Below, one piece after another: positions 1 through 23,462 of a stretch of 64,000 nt of DNA. The stretch is from contig NW_002060948.1 in assembly GCF_000150275.1 (NCBI RefSeq), forward strand, positions 620,001 to 684,000, in the 5' to 3' direction. A program made the position numbers and the translations under genes. Within the stretch, counting starts at the first letter, position 1. Every line of letters begins with the position of its first letter. This stretch comes from Trichoplax adhaerens (taxonomy: Eukaryota > Animalia > Placozoa). The notes beneath the pieces were generated by a model. That model searched no databases, had not been told where the DNA came from, and saw only the letters and a program-made list of their open reading frames with translations.

Positions 1-7910
<7,910 letters not shown>

Positions 7911-8605
7911 TTTTGTTTTAACTGTATATTACGTTTTACGGAAGTGAATTAGGACCAATTTGTATTATAGTTGTCTATATTGATATTATACAGAACTATT
8001 TACATTACTTAGCCGCTGATAATTATTTAATTATGGAATTATAAAGCATTCTTTCTATGTATTTATATGGTTAGCAATATATTGAAAAATTGTTAAAATT
8101 TGAATTACTGCAAATGAAATCTTCTGCGAGACGTGATATTTTGATATATGATTTGTTACATAATATTAACAGAACATATCATCCAGAGATCAGAGTATTC
8201 ATATTTTTTATTATTGATGCTTGATTGCTTGTACATTAAAATTATAATGGCAATATGCACACGTTATTTATTATGAAATCAACATTCTACTTGTAACAGG
8301 AGTAATGTATATTATGCCTTCATCTGAAGATGCTACCATAACTTTAACTTTATCAAGTGTAACGTACGGCTATAGTAAATATTGTAATATTAATGCTTTG
8401 TTATGCAATTATATAGATACTACATCCGGTTTCTAGATACTAACTGCCATTGTATTTTCAATTATGATGCTAACGATGCATTCGATTTATCAATTATACT
8501 CTTGATGCCGTATATCGATAACATTAGTTATCAATCAATATTAAGTAATATTAAAAGATGAAACAGAAATGATATTTGACATGTCAAGCTAATGGTTGAT
8601 AGTAT

Positions 8606-11600
8606 TTAGCGTACACCGAGAATTCCACAATCAATTAATTTTTGGAGTTTAGAGGCAATGTTTGGATTTTTCAAATGTCTAAAATATAGTTGATAAATGA
8701 TTGAAACAAAAATTAAATTTTAACCTGTAAAGTAGAAATTAGAATCTAGAAAAAAAAAAAGAAATACTTACTCTCCAGCTGCATGGGGATCATTCTGCAT
8801 TTGTTCAAGAATAAGCCTCATCGCAGGGTCGCTTAATATATCCTACCAAAATAAGATAGAAGTGTTAGTTCATCCCTGATTTAGATCTAGAAAGATATTA
8901 CTGTACATGTAACATTCATCTTTTGTGATTTAGGCAAGTAACACGCGTAGACGTATAGGTTTATCAATTTCATACCCTAACTTCTGGATCTTGCATTGCT
9001 GCTTCTGCACGTTTCTTAGGATCAGCTTCAGTTACACTGGAGCTACGATAGTACCCCTCTTTAGCTTCCTGTGTTACGAGTATGTGTAATTATGAAAGTG
9101 TAAGTAGGGTCGGCAACATTATGTGCATAGCATAATGTAGGATAAGAGTGATATTTTTAATGCACATTCACGTTATACCGCATTGTTAGGATCTAATTCT
9201 AATGCTTTAGTAAAACAAGCTGCTGCTTTTGAATTTTCTTTTAGAGCCAAAAGAATGTTGCCTTTTCGCAAGTGACCCTTAACTGAAATACAAACAGTGA
9301 CGTTAAATCTAATACTGAAGTTATACAATCATATCAATCTTTAATATGCAAAACATATACGCACTAAAATTTGGATCTAATCGGATGCATTCATCGCAGT
9401 CCTAAAGGTGAATAACAAATTTAAGAGCAAATTACGATAAGGTCATCGACGACAAGTATCAACTGTCAATGTAACGAATCACGATAAAGTACTACTGAAG
9501 CACTATTTATACATTATAATTATTGTATTACCTTTAAGCCAAGGTTAAATTCTGCTAATTTCACATAACATGCGGCACGATTACTGTACAATTTTCCGTC
9601 ATCAGGATTCCTTTTGATAGCTTCTGAATAGTGCTTTACTGCTTCTGGATACTTGCCTATTTATATGAAATTGATCCAATAGTTGGCAAATATTGTTAAG
9701 TTTTAATCAAAATCATTCTCATCAAACTAGATAAACAACATCGTATTACCTTTCTGAAAATACTCGTTTCCTTTCGCTTTCTCTTCCAGTGACAATTCAG
9801 GGTTGATATAGGCTTTTCTTTCCATTTCTTGCATAGTTTTTTTCACCTTTCAATAATTTAACGTTATAAGACAGACTGTACAAAATCGTTTTATTTATTG
9901 CATTGATTTAGCTACAAGTGGAAAACCTGATTGTATTTCTTTAATACGTCTTGAGCTCGGTGCTCTGATAGAGACTTCTCAAAATTCGTAATAGCATCTT
10001 CATATTTCTCCATTTTAACATAGGCATTAGCAATCCGTGCGAACGCTCTATCAAAATTAAAGAGGTATTTAAGTCCTTGTGATACATCATAATTATACAC
10101 GTGAACATCACTAAACATCCGTTAAGATTTTTTGCAATGTGTAACAGTTACAGGTCTTGTAATTAGCAAATTAATCTTACTTTGCAATTAGTTTAAAATC
10201 TGCTCTGTGTTCTCGTCCAATTTCTATGCCTTTACGGCAATCTTCAATGCAGTTATCCAAGTCTCCTTTCTCAAAATGGACAGCTATTTATGAAAGTTAA
10301 TCTACCTTCAGCCAGATAATACTAACTTTAGTTTGTTACATTGTCATAAAATGATACCTTACCAGCTCTATTGGTATAAAATGTTAAATTTTTCGGATCA
10401 TATTCCATAGCTTTTGTATAGTGTGCAATAGCGACATCAAAATCTTTGTTCTTATATGCTGCATTGCCTAACTCTTTTTCTTTAATAGCCTTAATAACAG
10501 CATAAGATAAAACAGACATTAATTCAATATGTATACCATAGCATATACAGATCAAGTAAAAACTCTTTACTTTTCTTTGTTCATCGTTTAAATCGGGAGT
10601 ATCTGCTGTCATTTTCTTTTCTTGTGTTTTCTCCTTATTACTACTACTACTATTAGTAGCTGATGATCGCTCATGACTTGTGGTAGTGGTAGTGTTCGAC
10701 TCTGATTGTGGCTCTGTAATTAGTCACAGTAAAATCAGCTAATTTACAGTAGAATAATGAAAAGGCCGTAAAAATTAATACAATACCTGGATTAAATGAA
10801 GCATCAGCACTGAGATTTATACCAAGTAATACACCAAGGGCACTTACAAAACGTGGATCGTTCATAAATCTATGAAAGAAGTAATAATAAATTAGACGTA
10901 ATAAAGTAATAGCAATTTGATTAAACAGGTCGTACAGTAGCCACTTTACTTCCCGCACAGTAAGAATAACAAATAATAATAAAGTTTACTAACTGCGTCA
11001 TAAGTTCTCGACTCGACTTAGCTACATTAAACATCGCCATAAAATCTGGCTGGTTTAAGTAAGCACTTGTTGTAGGATTGGCCCGCAATTTGTCTAGGGC
11101 GCCTGGATCAGCAAAGGGATTCGGCATAGACTTTTGGCTAGCTGCAATGATAGTGCCAACAATTAAAAGTTAAATATAATTAATTTGATTAGAGATTCGC
11201 ATTGCATCTTCTTAATAATATACATAAATTTTTTAAATAATTATATAACATTAAACGTTACTAAATTTTTAGTTAATCAAATGAGATCAACATATTGAAT
11301 AGCACGATAAATGAATGTCCATATTCGTACTACATTATATATGTATAAATACAAGCGAAAATTATCTATTTGCATTTATGTGACGACCATTACGTATGTG
11401 AAATTTAATAAATTTTATTCTAATACAAAAATAATATTATAGCTACAGGCTAATCGTTCATTCAGCATAATTGTACAATGTATACATAGGTCGTCGAATC
11501 GCATTTTTGATAAAATACGTTAAAATTTAGGCTCATTGCCTAAAAAGGTGCAAACTAATGTATGAATTGTTATATCTAACTTTTTAAGTTAAAAAGTACA

Positions 11601-14074
11601 CTAAATGTGCGCATGTACTATGAGCATTCTATATGCTTAATAAAGATACCGTCTAGGTAAAAAGTTCACATGTCGTGAATGTTTTAGTATTTTATTGGAG
11701 GAATTAAAAAATAACCATTCAATTTGAAAGTTGTACAAAAATACCTGAAATTTCTTTTTCAACCTCTTTCAGCCCGTTTACCAATTGATCATTATTCGGA
11801 TTTAACTTTAACCCATCTTGATAAGTTGTAACAGCTTCTTCATATCGTTTTAAAAATGTTAAAGCAGCACCAACACGAGAATAACCCTATAGCGAAAAAA
11901 TAAGCTATATTAACTCCCATAGTGTAAAGGATTTACTAATATCAACGCACTAAAAACCTTCAATTGTTAACGAATCGTTCCAATGAGGATAGTCAGTATG
12001 ACGTAGGTAGTTAATTAGTATTACAATAATTACTCCTTACCTTGGGCCAATCAGGTTTAAGTTGTACCGTTTTGTTGGCATCATCAAGAGCCTTCTCATA
12101 CTGGCCTAAACTGGCATAGGCTGCAGATCGATTACTATAGAAGATGTGATTATTAGGATTTAATTGGATTGCTTCAGTATAGCACTTGATGGCTTCTTGA
12201 AAGTTCTTCTCTTGAAGTGCGAGGTTGCCTTTACTTTTCCACTCATTTGCCTTCATTAAAACAGAGTGAAGTAGAGGTAGAAATATATAAGTATTAGTTC
12301 GCGTATAAGCTCTACATACTACACAATCAATTTTGTTGTAGCAAAGCCTCGATACGTTTACTGCTGGAATAAAGAAGTGACACACATGTACAGCAGCAGG
12401 CCGATATCAGTGCTATGTCATATTTTCATTATACTGCGATATACGAATAAACGTTTATGTAACGTCACTTTAAAAGTAGATGGTAAGCCTAAATACACTC
12501 GCATTTATAGTCATATCCATGATATCGTGAGGATTGATTAGGCTTGGGTATAATTTTTTGAAAATGTGATCAACTCAATACAAGTTAATGAAATTTTACT
12601 GATAATATGGATTGATTAGAATAAGAAAGGTATTGAAAATCTGTTAATTTAGCATGATGCAAATTAATTAGTTTGATACAACTAATATCTCCATTTGTCA
12701 TAGGTTAGTTTTTGTAGATAGCTTGAAATTTTAATTTAGTAGAATTTTAAAATTCTCTGGACGTTACAGTACGAATGAGTTACAATATTGTAAGCAGATT
12801 GATTGAGACTGTTGCAATTTATAACCGTGTAGCAGTCTTGTACAGCAATTCATTGATTATTACAGTACTGCAAACTATAACCGTACGTTGCTCTATAGCT
12901 CAATAATCCGATAGGTCCGCAGAGCGGTAACTATCTGCACTATGCACCGTAGAGGATGCAAAACATTAGAAACATTAGCATACAGAATAAGTGTTTTTGT
13001 CGGCTTTCAATTGAATAGGAATACATCTCAATTGCATTATGTATGTAATTTACTATTATGCAATTTGCAAATTCTGCCGTACTCGCATAGTGGTAATATA
13101 TCGATTTTGTGCTGTCAAGCGATACATGTCTCCATAGCTACTGGAAATACGATTCAAGAATCTACAGGATATGACTCATGTAGCGATTTACTGCTATTAC
13201 ATTTGTAGTAGACTGAGAGCAATTTCTATCTATGATCATTCATGATATCATACTACTTATATAATTAATTGATATACAATACACTATTGAATAGGATATT
13301 TTATTGCAAATGGAAATACAGTACTGCAGCTTGTACTCTATTCTGTCAGTACCTATTGTACAGCATCGCCAATTTTAGAGCCACCCATTGCAGTATAGCT
13401 ATAGATGAACTACTCTAGCTATTTTAATGCCATGACTGGAGGTTGTAGAGTAGTGATATAGGAACTACTAGGATGAAATGTATTTCAAAGTTCTTCTTTG
13501 GTAGGGCTAGAGATTTAGCATGTCCCAAATTCTACATGTTTCTACCCCAATATGACAACACGAAACAGCACCAACATAACCAACATTACCTCAATATACG
13601 ATATTAATTAATTCATCAACAAGACCAGTGTGCTCAATGTAACGTCGATGAGTTTGTGCTCATTTTGACTGGTTATTGCATCAGAAAAATGGAGAATGCA
13701 TGGATATATGCAGCATTTGAACTGACATGCTATTTACTTGTAACCAAGTAAAGAAAGACTAGAAAAATTATACGAGTAAAACTATGGCAATAGAATATTT
13801 CATAGATCCCAAAAAGAGGAAAGTTGGGGGCCACTGAAGCTATTCACTGCTGTCGATCATTGAGCTGGGTCGAAAAAGCTCATTTCAACGCATGGACATA
13901 GAATGAGATTATTATTGCATCCTACTCGGGACTTTGCTACACAGTTAAGAGGAATTCTTATTCATTTCACTATTGGCAAGTTCATGGATGATTCAGTTGA
14001 ATTTTAATAGAAATAAATGCCTCCAAACTGGAGAGCAGGACAAGACTTCAAGAACTTACCTGATCTGCAGCCAT
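8606..14074 (-). CDS. STIP1: Stress-induced phosphoprotein 1 (Hop/Sti1), TPR co-chaperone of Hsp70/Hsp90, about 16 exons
   Basis: Exon 1 14074-14060 is ATG GCT GCA GAT CAG|gtaagt (MAADQ), spliced to 12250 [13 protein letters not shown]...[11 protein letters not shown] (TPR1). Also DP1 (PNPFADP), TPR2[19 protein letters not shown]2[20 protein letters not shown]2 [15 protein letters not shown]. Ends [16 protein letters not shown] at 8608-8606. Confidence 0.95.
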
Positions 14075-14081
14075 GACGAGA

Positions 14082-14096
14082 CTTCTAGAAGTTTCT
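14082..14096. promoter_or_regulatory. Heat shock element (three nGAAn units) just upstream of the STIP1 ATG
   Basis: cTTCtaGAAgtTTCt is a perfect alternating HSE 7 bp from the start codon of a known heat-inducible co-chaperone. A weaker cTTCaaGAActTACc at 14046-14060 overlaps the exon 1 donor. Confidence 0.75.
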
Positions 14097-14137
14097 GAGA
14101 TAGCAAAGGCTTGCAATGAAAGATTACCATGAGGATA

Positions 14138-14385
14138 CTACAGTACACGATACCATACAGTACTGTGCACTGTATCCTGTTCACACACAGGTACAGTACT
14201 GTACAGTACACTACACTACACTAGCAGGAATCAAAGGCAGAGAGATCTGTATGATACTGGACTGTATCATCAGGAAGCTAAGCAACAACGTATCGTCGTA
14301 ACTGCATTGTGCAAGCACACTAGTACGTACTGTACACTGTACGGTATCGTACGGTACTGTACTGGACAGTGTTGACGGTACCGTT
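14138..14385. repeat. TACAG/CTGTA pentamer-rich low-complexity tract upstream of STIP1
   Basis: Repeated tacagtac, tactgtac and gtacagtactgtacagtac motifs. Confidence 0.7.
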
Positions 14386-14577
14386 ACTCGTTACCAGTAG
14401 TCCTCCTTGGTCCATCGTCACGTCGTCACATACGTCCGTAACATTACCACTGGTTTGTTTCACATTCATACTCTACAACTATTTTATCATCATCATCATA
14501 TTCTACAGTTTATCCTCCTACTGTCGATAGAAACTTTACATAGAATTATTAGCAAATTATTACTTTAATGATTCACC

Positions 14578-14820
14578 CCGATTTTGCTGTCGCAATGAAT
14601 CCTACTGTACATACTTTAGCACCGGAACCGGTGTTTCTATGCTGTTTATGGCCCAATTTTGCTCTCGAAATTAATCCTACTGTACTGTACTGTACAGTAC
14701 TTACTTTAGCACCGGAACCGGTGTTTCTATGCTGTTTATAGCCCGATTTTGCTCTCCAAATTAATCCTACTGTACTGTACATACTTTAACACCGGAATCG
14801 GTGTTTCTATGCTGTTTATG
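14578..14820. repeat. Minisatellite, 3 units of about 75-90 bp with a variable internal pentamer tract
   Basis: Unit gccc(g/a)attttgctctc..aattaatccta(ctgta)n..tactttagcaccggaaccggtgtttctatgctgtttat at ~14578, 14651 and 14741. Confidence 0.9.
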
Positions 14821-15357
14821 GAGTGCATTACAGAATGATTGTAACCAACAATGATCAATTAGTTAGTCATACTGGACAGTGTTTTACAACTTCCTTCTTA
14901 TTCAATCAGGTGCATAAAACCGCTAGTATACAGTATACTGTACTGTACATTGTACAATCTACATGGTATCACGTCAGGTTTAGAATCTCTTCTCTGTGTA
15001 GCGGTATACAGTATCTCTCTCTTTCTACTTCCTACTCGACTGACTTTGGGCAATCAAGTTCTCTTTTCTAAAATAGCTCTTTCTTTCTCGTCTACAGTTT
15101 AAAACTAGAAAGTCATATTATCCCACAGTACTGCACTGTACTGTACAAGTATCATGGTTACCAGCTATCTTTTGGATAAAGTGTTCAATCTTAGACCAAA
15201 CATTTCTTGTTTTCTCCTTCTACTCTACAGTAGAGTATTGACTGTAAACTGTAGATGGACTACTGTACACTCAGTGTACAGTACAGTACTAGAAATTATC
15301 ACTGTTGTAATTTCGAGTAGTCCATGACTGCTCAAAGTGCTCATTAGACCTAACCAC

Positions 15358-15715
15358 TTTTGAAACTTATAAATTCGAAAGTGACTAAGTGTAATGCTCA
15401 TTTTGATACTGCACGTTAGATACTTTTTGTCAGTGACTTTTTTCTCTTTTTGAAATTTATAAATTCGAAAGTGACTAAGTGCAATACTCATTTTGATACT
15501 GCCGTTAGATACTTTTTGTCAGTGACTTTTTTCTCTTTTTGAAATTTATAAATTCGAAAGTGACTAAGTGTAATACTCATTTTGATACTGCACGTTCGAT
15601 ACTTTTTGTCAAGGACTTCTTTCTCTTTGAAATTTATAAATTCGAAAGTGACTAAGTGTAATAGTCATTTTGATATTGCACTTTAGATAGTTTTTGTCAG
15701 TGACTTCTTTCTCTT
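15358..15715. repeat. Minisatellite, 4 units of about 90 bp upstream of the serpin
   Basis: Unit tttgaaatttataaattcgaaagtgactaagtgtaatactcattttgatactgcacgttagatactttttgtcagtgacttttttctct at ~15358, 15448, 15538 and 15626. Confidence 0.92.
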
Positions 15716-16112
15716 CAGGCCCAGTCAGGGGTTTCTTTGAGGTAAAACTGACTGTAGACCGACAGTGTACAGTACTGTAGAGACCCTTGGCGTACAGTAC
15801 TGTCCAGTGTCCATTACAGTCATGACGGTATACACCGTATACTATACAGAGCAGACCATACCCCCCATAACGGAACGATCCCTCAACTGGATATCGTACT
15901 GTACAGTATTTCCACGTCATCATTACAGTACCAACTACTGCAACTACAGTATAGCAACTGTGGAATGAATTTTCATTGTTAGCTGTAATGAAGCGAATTA
16001 ATAAATTATTGCAGCAAAAATAATTAATTAAACCATTATCAACGACCAAAGCTTTTCTTTCTATCCTGAGAAGACCATTTTATTGTCGTCCTGTCAAATC
16101 TCTGCCATAAAA

Positions 16113-17351
16113 ATGAGGATGAATAAAATCGTCAAACCAAACAATCCCTCTAAAAATAGTGTTGTACTGGCAATACTCGTTCTCGCCATCGCCATTGCTT
16201 GCATACAATGCCAAGATGATGCTGTATTACCTGTTTCAAAGGCTAGCAATCGACTTGCTATGGAGCTCTACCGCGAGATAGGTCATGAAGATCAAAACAG
16301 TATCTTTTCTTCTTATAGTTTGATCGTAGCCATGTCGATGGTTTTAGCTGGATGCAGAGGAAATACTGCAAAACAAGTGGTGCAGGCGCTACATTTCGAT
16401 CACTTGGAGGTATTAGATATTCATACGTCCATGAGGCTTTTATCACATCAAGTGCAACAACACGCTAACAACGTTACGTGTCAGTTCAATGATGCCAATT
16501 GTATCTTTACCCAAAAAGGATTCCCAATCTTGCCGTTCTATCTTAAACTTGTGCGTGATTTCTATCACTCCGATGTGAAAGAGGTCGACTTTAGTGATAG
16601 CCAGTCTACTACTAATCTAATTAACCAATGGATTGACAAAATGACAAATCATAAAATTAGCCAATTATTCGATCCTGCTGATATTACCCCGATGACAAAA
16701 TTAGTTTTAGCGAATGCCATTTATTTCAAAGGAAAATGGAAGCTACCCTTCGATAAATTAAAGGTGACAGAGAAACCATTTCATTATACTTCTAATGAAG
16801 ATGTTATTGTTAAAATGATGTCACGAAAAATGAAAGTAAATTATATGCAGGACCATAGCAGTGGCATACAAATGATTGAGTTGCCGTACGAATGTAGCAA
16901 AACTTCCATGATTATTGTCCTGCCTCAATCGGTCTCTATGTTCTCTGATCTTAAGCAGATACTACTTATGGAGGGAAAGTTAGACCAGTGGATAAATTCG
17001 ATGAGAAAGATGGAGGTTAACGTTCAAATACCGAAATTTTCTATCAAACAAAGGATGAATCTAAATGGTGTACTTAAAAAGCTGGGCATGACTGATTTAT
17101 TTGATAGTTCTCGTGCAGATCTTACTGGAATATCCCAAGCGGAAAATTTATTTGTTGGAAAGGTCATTCAAGAAGCACGTTTGGATGTCAATGAAGAAGG
17201 AAGTGAAGCTGCTGCGGCTACTGGAGTAATTGTTCTAGCAAAAATGATGCTGGTAACACCTGAATTTATAGCTGATCGGCCATTTATCTATTTAATCAGA
17301 GACGTAGAAAGCAATACAATCCTATTTATGGGACATGTTAGAAAACCGTAG
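16113..17351 (+). CDS. Secreted inhibitory-type serpin, single coding exon
   Basis: Uninterrupted ORF with ATG at 16113 (or 16119), hydrophobic signal peptide VVLAILVLAIAIACIQC, LVLANAIYFKGKW, IPKFSI, hinge EEGSEAAAATG and serpin signature FIADRPFIYLIRD...ILFMGHVRKP. Confidence 0.95.
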   Translation: MRMNKIVKPNNPSKNSVVLAILVLAIAIACIQCQDDAVLPVSKASNRLAMELYREIGHEDQNSIFSSYSLIVAMSMVLAGCRGNTAKQVVQALHFDHLEVLDIHTSMRLLSHQVQQHANNVTCQFNDANCIFTQKGFPILPFYLKLVRDFYHSDVKEVDFSDSQSTTNLINQWIDKMTNHKISQLFDPADITPMTKLVLANAIYFKGKWKLPFDKLKVTEKPFHYTSNEDVIVKMMSRKMKVNYMQDHSSGIQMIELPYECSKTSMIIVLPQSVSMFSDLKQILLMEGKLDQWINSMRKMEVNVQIPKFSIKQRMNLNGVLKKLGMTDLFDSSRADLTGISQAENLFVGKVIQEARLDVNEEGSEAAAATGVIVLAKMMLVTPEFIADRPFIYLIRDVESNTILFMGHVRKP

Positions 17352-19082
17352 TACGGTCATGAACGTAAGCTCGTACTGTGGTGGAATCTTTGCTGCACCA
17401 CTAAATTTTTAAAATAGTTTGAACTATAATATACTCGAAATAAACTAAACTATACATTATAAGTACAAATATGAGACAGAAATATAGCATACAGCACCGT
17501 CTACTCTAACTTGTTCTAATTATTCTATGAATGATATTGTAATAATTTCTTAAGCCAATTTAATGATCTCTAATTTATTGCATTACAATGATATACGTGT
17601 ATATACGTATCTATCAGCTATAAAGATGTAATAATCTTGAGAGAGAAAAAAATAGACTCCTACGCTACGTCATGTTGCTCTTGCTCATCAGAGACATTAT
17701 CCATATATAAATACTTGCAGATTGCAGTACATACTGTACTGTAAAATTTTAAATTGCTTGTTGTATTCACCATGTGAAAAGACTTTCACATACTGTATGC
17801 ATACTTTATTACAAATTAAAAGCATTTCTGTTGGCATTACAGTATGCCATTAATATTATTATTATATCGATCGATAGTTAACCGTTGTACGAGTATACTC
17901 GAGCTAATCAATGATAATGTGGCTAATTGCAGTATAAGCTGGATAAGACAATGTATGACCAGTATGCTATTTAATGAAGTATCATAGTCTTTATTATAAA
18001 ATATTATTAACAAAGTACTTTTACAGTTTATTATTTGCTTATAGTTCAATTAATATATCTGTTTAAATAGCACTTTTAAGTGACGCATCTGTTTGTTACG
18101 AATGATCTTCAAGATGTAAAAGCGCTATCAATAGAAGGATTCACGATACTACGGAAACTGCGGCAAATTCACTACTGGTTGTTCTCTGTGAATAATATCA
18201 TTGTCATTAGTAATCTTGAATTTTTGATCATTTGCACATTCGACAGTTCCAATAAAATGATTAGGATTGGCAAGCTATTCTATGTACACTAAATTACTAG
18301 CTACTCTGTAGCTGTTATTGACTGGAAATATTTCTAAGTTAACAACTTGAATTACATGTCAATGGTTAAGTACATACTAATGTCATGAGTACCAGGGCAT
18401 GGACTACTAGAAATTTTTACCTTCTAGTAGTAGTTCATAGTCTCCTCTAAATACGTACTACTCGCTTTTACCATCTGATAAAACTCATTCCGGCAAGACA
18501 CATAAATTATGACGCTCCCTTAGCAATTCATTACTCCGGATAACATTTCCTACTTACAAGGAGATATTGTATTCAGAATTGTTTAAGAATACCTACTTTG
18601 CAGCACGCTACAGTGAACATCCCTACGGCTGCAACTTGCTTGATATACTGTATTATGAGGCATGCTAAGTTCATCTTTCAATCGACCTGCGTACCCAAGC
18701 TTATTAAAAAGACTTCAATCGATCAGTGGGTATAGAGATCCTTAGTCATGATATGTATGATTTGACTTCAGCACAAGTCATCGATTACAATTATTTCATA
18801 CATTATCCTTGACTTATTTATTATCCATACTAACTATCAGCCGACTCAGTTTCAAGTTTGTTACGTACGGGTATCTAAGAATCTGTAATTACTTGTCTTA
18901 GCTGGATTAGATTATATCGATGACATGCTGCTCTTTAAAAAAGACAATCTGAAGATTAGTTTAAACAAAGATTTTTATTTGTAATCTTTTAGTAGGATTC
19001 CATCCAAGAATTGAATGCGCTTAAGCGTCTGCGATGGTAACTTCAACCTCTACGCCAGGCTCGATACCAATGGAAGTCTAGA

Positions 19083-19344
19083 TAGTGTACTACTACGCAT
19101 GTTCTATGCTAGGCAATCGATAATATAGCAACTGAAACATGAAACATGACCTAGTGTACTACGCATGCTCTATGCTAGACAATCGATAATACAGCAACTG
19201 AAACATGAAACATGACCTAGTGTACTACGCATGCTCTATGCTAGACAATCGATAATATAGCAACTGAAACATGCAACATGACCTAGTGTACTACTACGCA
19301 TGTTCCATGCCAGACAATCGATAATATAGCAACTGAAACATGAC
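19083..19344. repeat. Minisatellite, 4 units of 66-69 bp in the YY1 upstream region
   Basis: Unit tagtgtact(act)acgcatg(t/c)tctatgctagacaatcgataatatagcaactgaaacatgaaacatgacc at 19083, 19152, 19218 and 19284. Confidence 0.93.
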
Positions 19345-19529
19345 TGAGCCCAAGATGGTCCAGTAGGACGGTGCACAGCGTAGGAGATGTCATATGACAC
19401 ATTCACGTCACTGAATCAATGGCCAATAAAAATGCAGTTGACTTCTGGCTTTTAAAGTTGGAGGCTGCCTATCAGCCCCATATGCCTTTGCGCGTATCAT
19501 ATAATACGAGTCGTAAAAAATAATTCAAG

Positions 19530-23462
<3,933 letters not shown>

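Noticed and set aside
12251-12385. ORF-track N-terminal extension of STIP1 (MCHFFIP...)
   Set aside because: Intron read-through; acceptor aag| at 12250 and true exon 1 at 14074-14060
13802-13837. [10 protein letters not shown], an SV40 NLS-like peptide in STIP1 intron 1
   Set aside because: Short frame closed by a stop, not the exact NLS, no vector context; chance
14578-15715. Repeat arrays with internal hairpins resembling CRISPR
   Set aside because: No unique spacers, units too long, eukaryotic context, no cas genes
14116-16049. Short ORFs rich in YSTVQYSTV/YCTVLYCT (also 25848-26081, 45345-48372)
   Set aside because: Translations of TACAG/CTGTA pentamer tracts and minisatellites; no coding signature
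16113-17351. Orthology of the serpin to the human 14q32 SERPINA cluster
   Set aside because: Tempting from synteny, but the reactive loop and motifs look more like clade B/E/I serpins; cannot be assigned without a phylogeny
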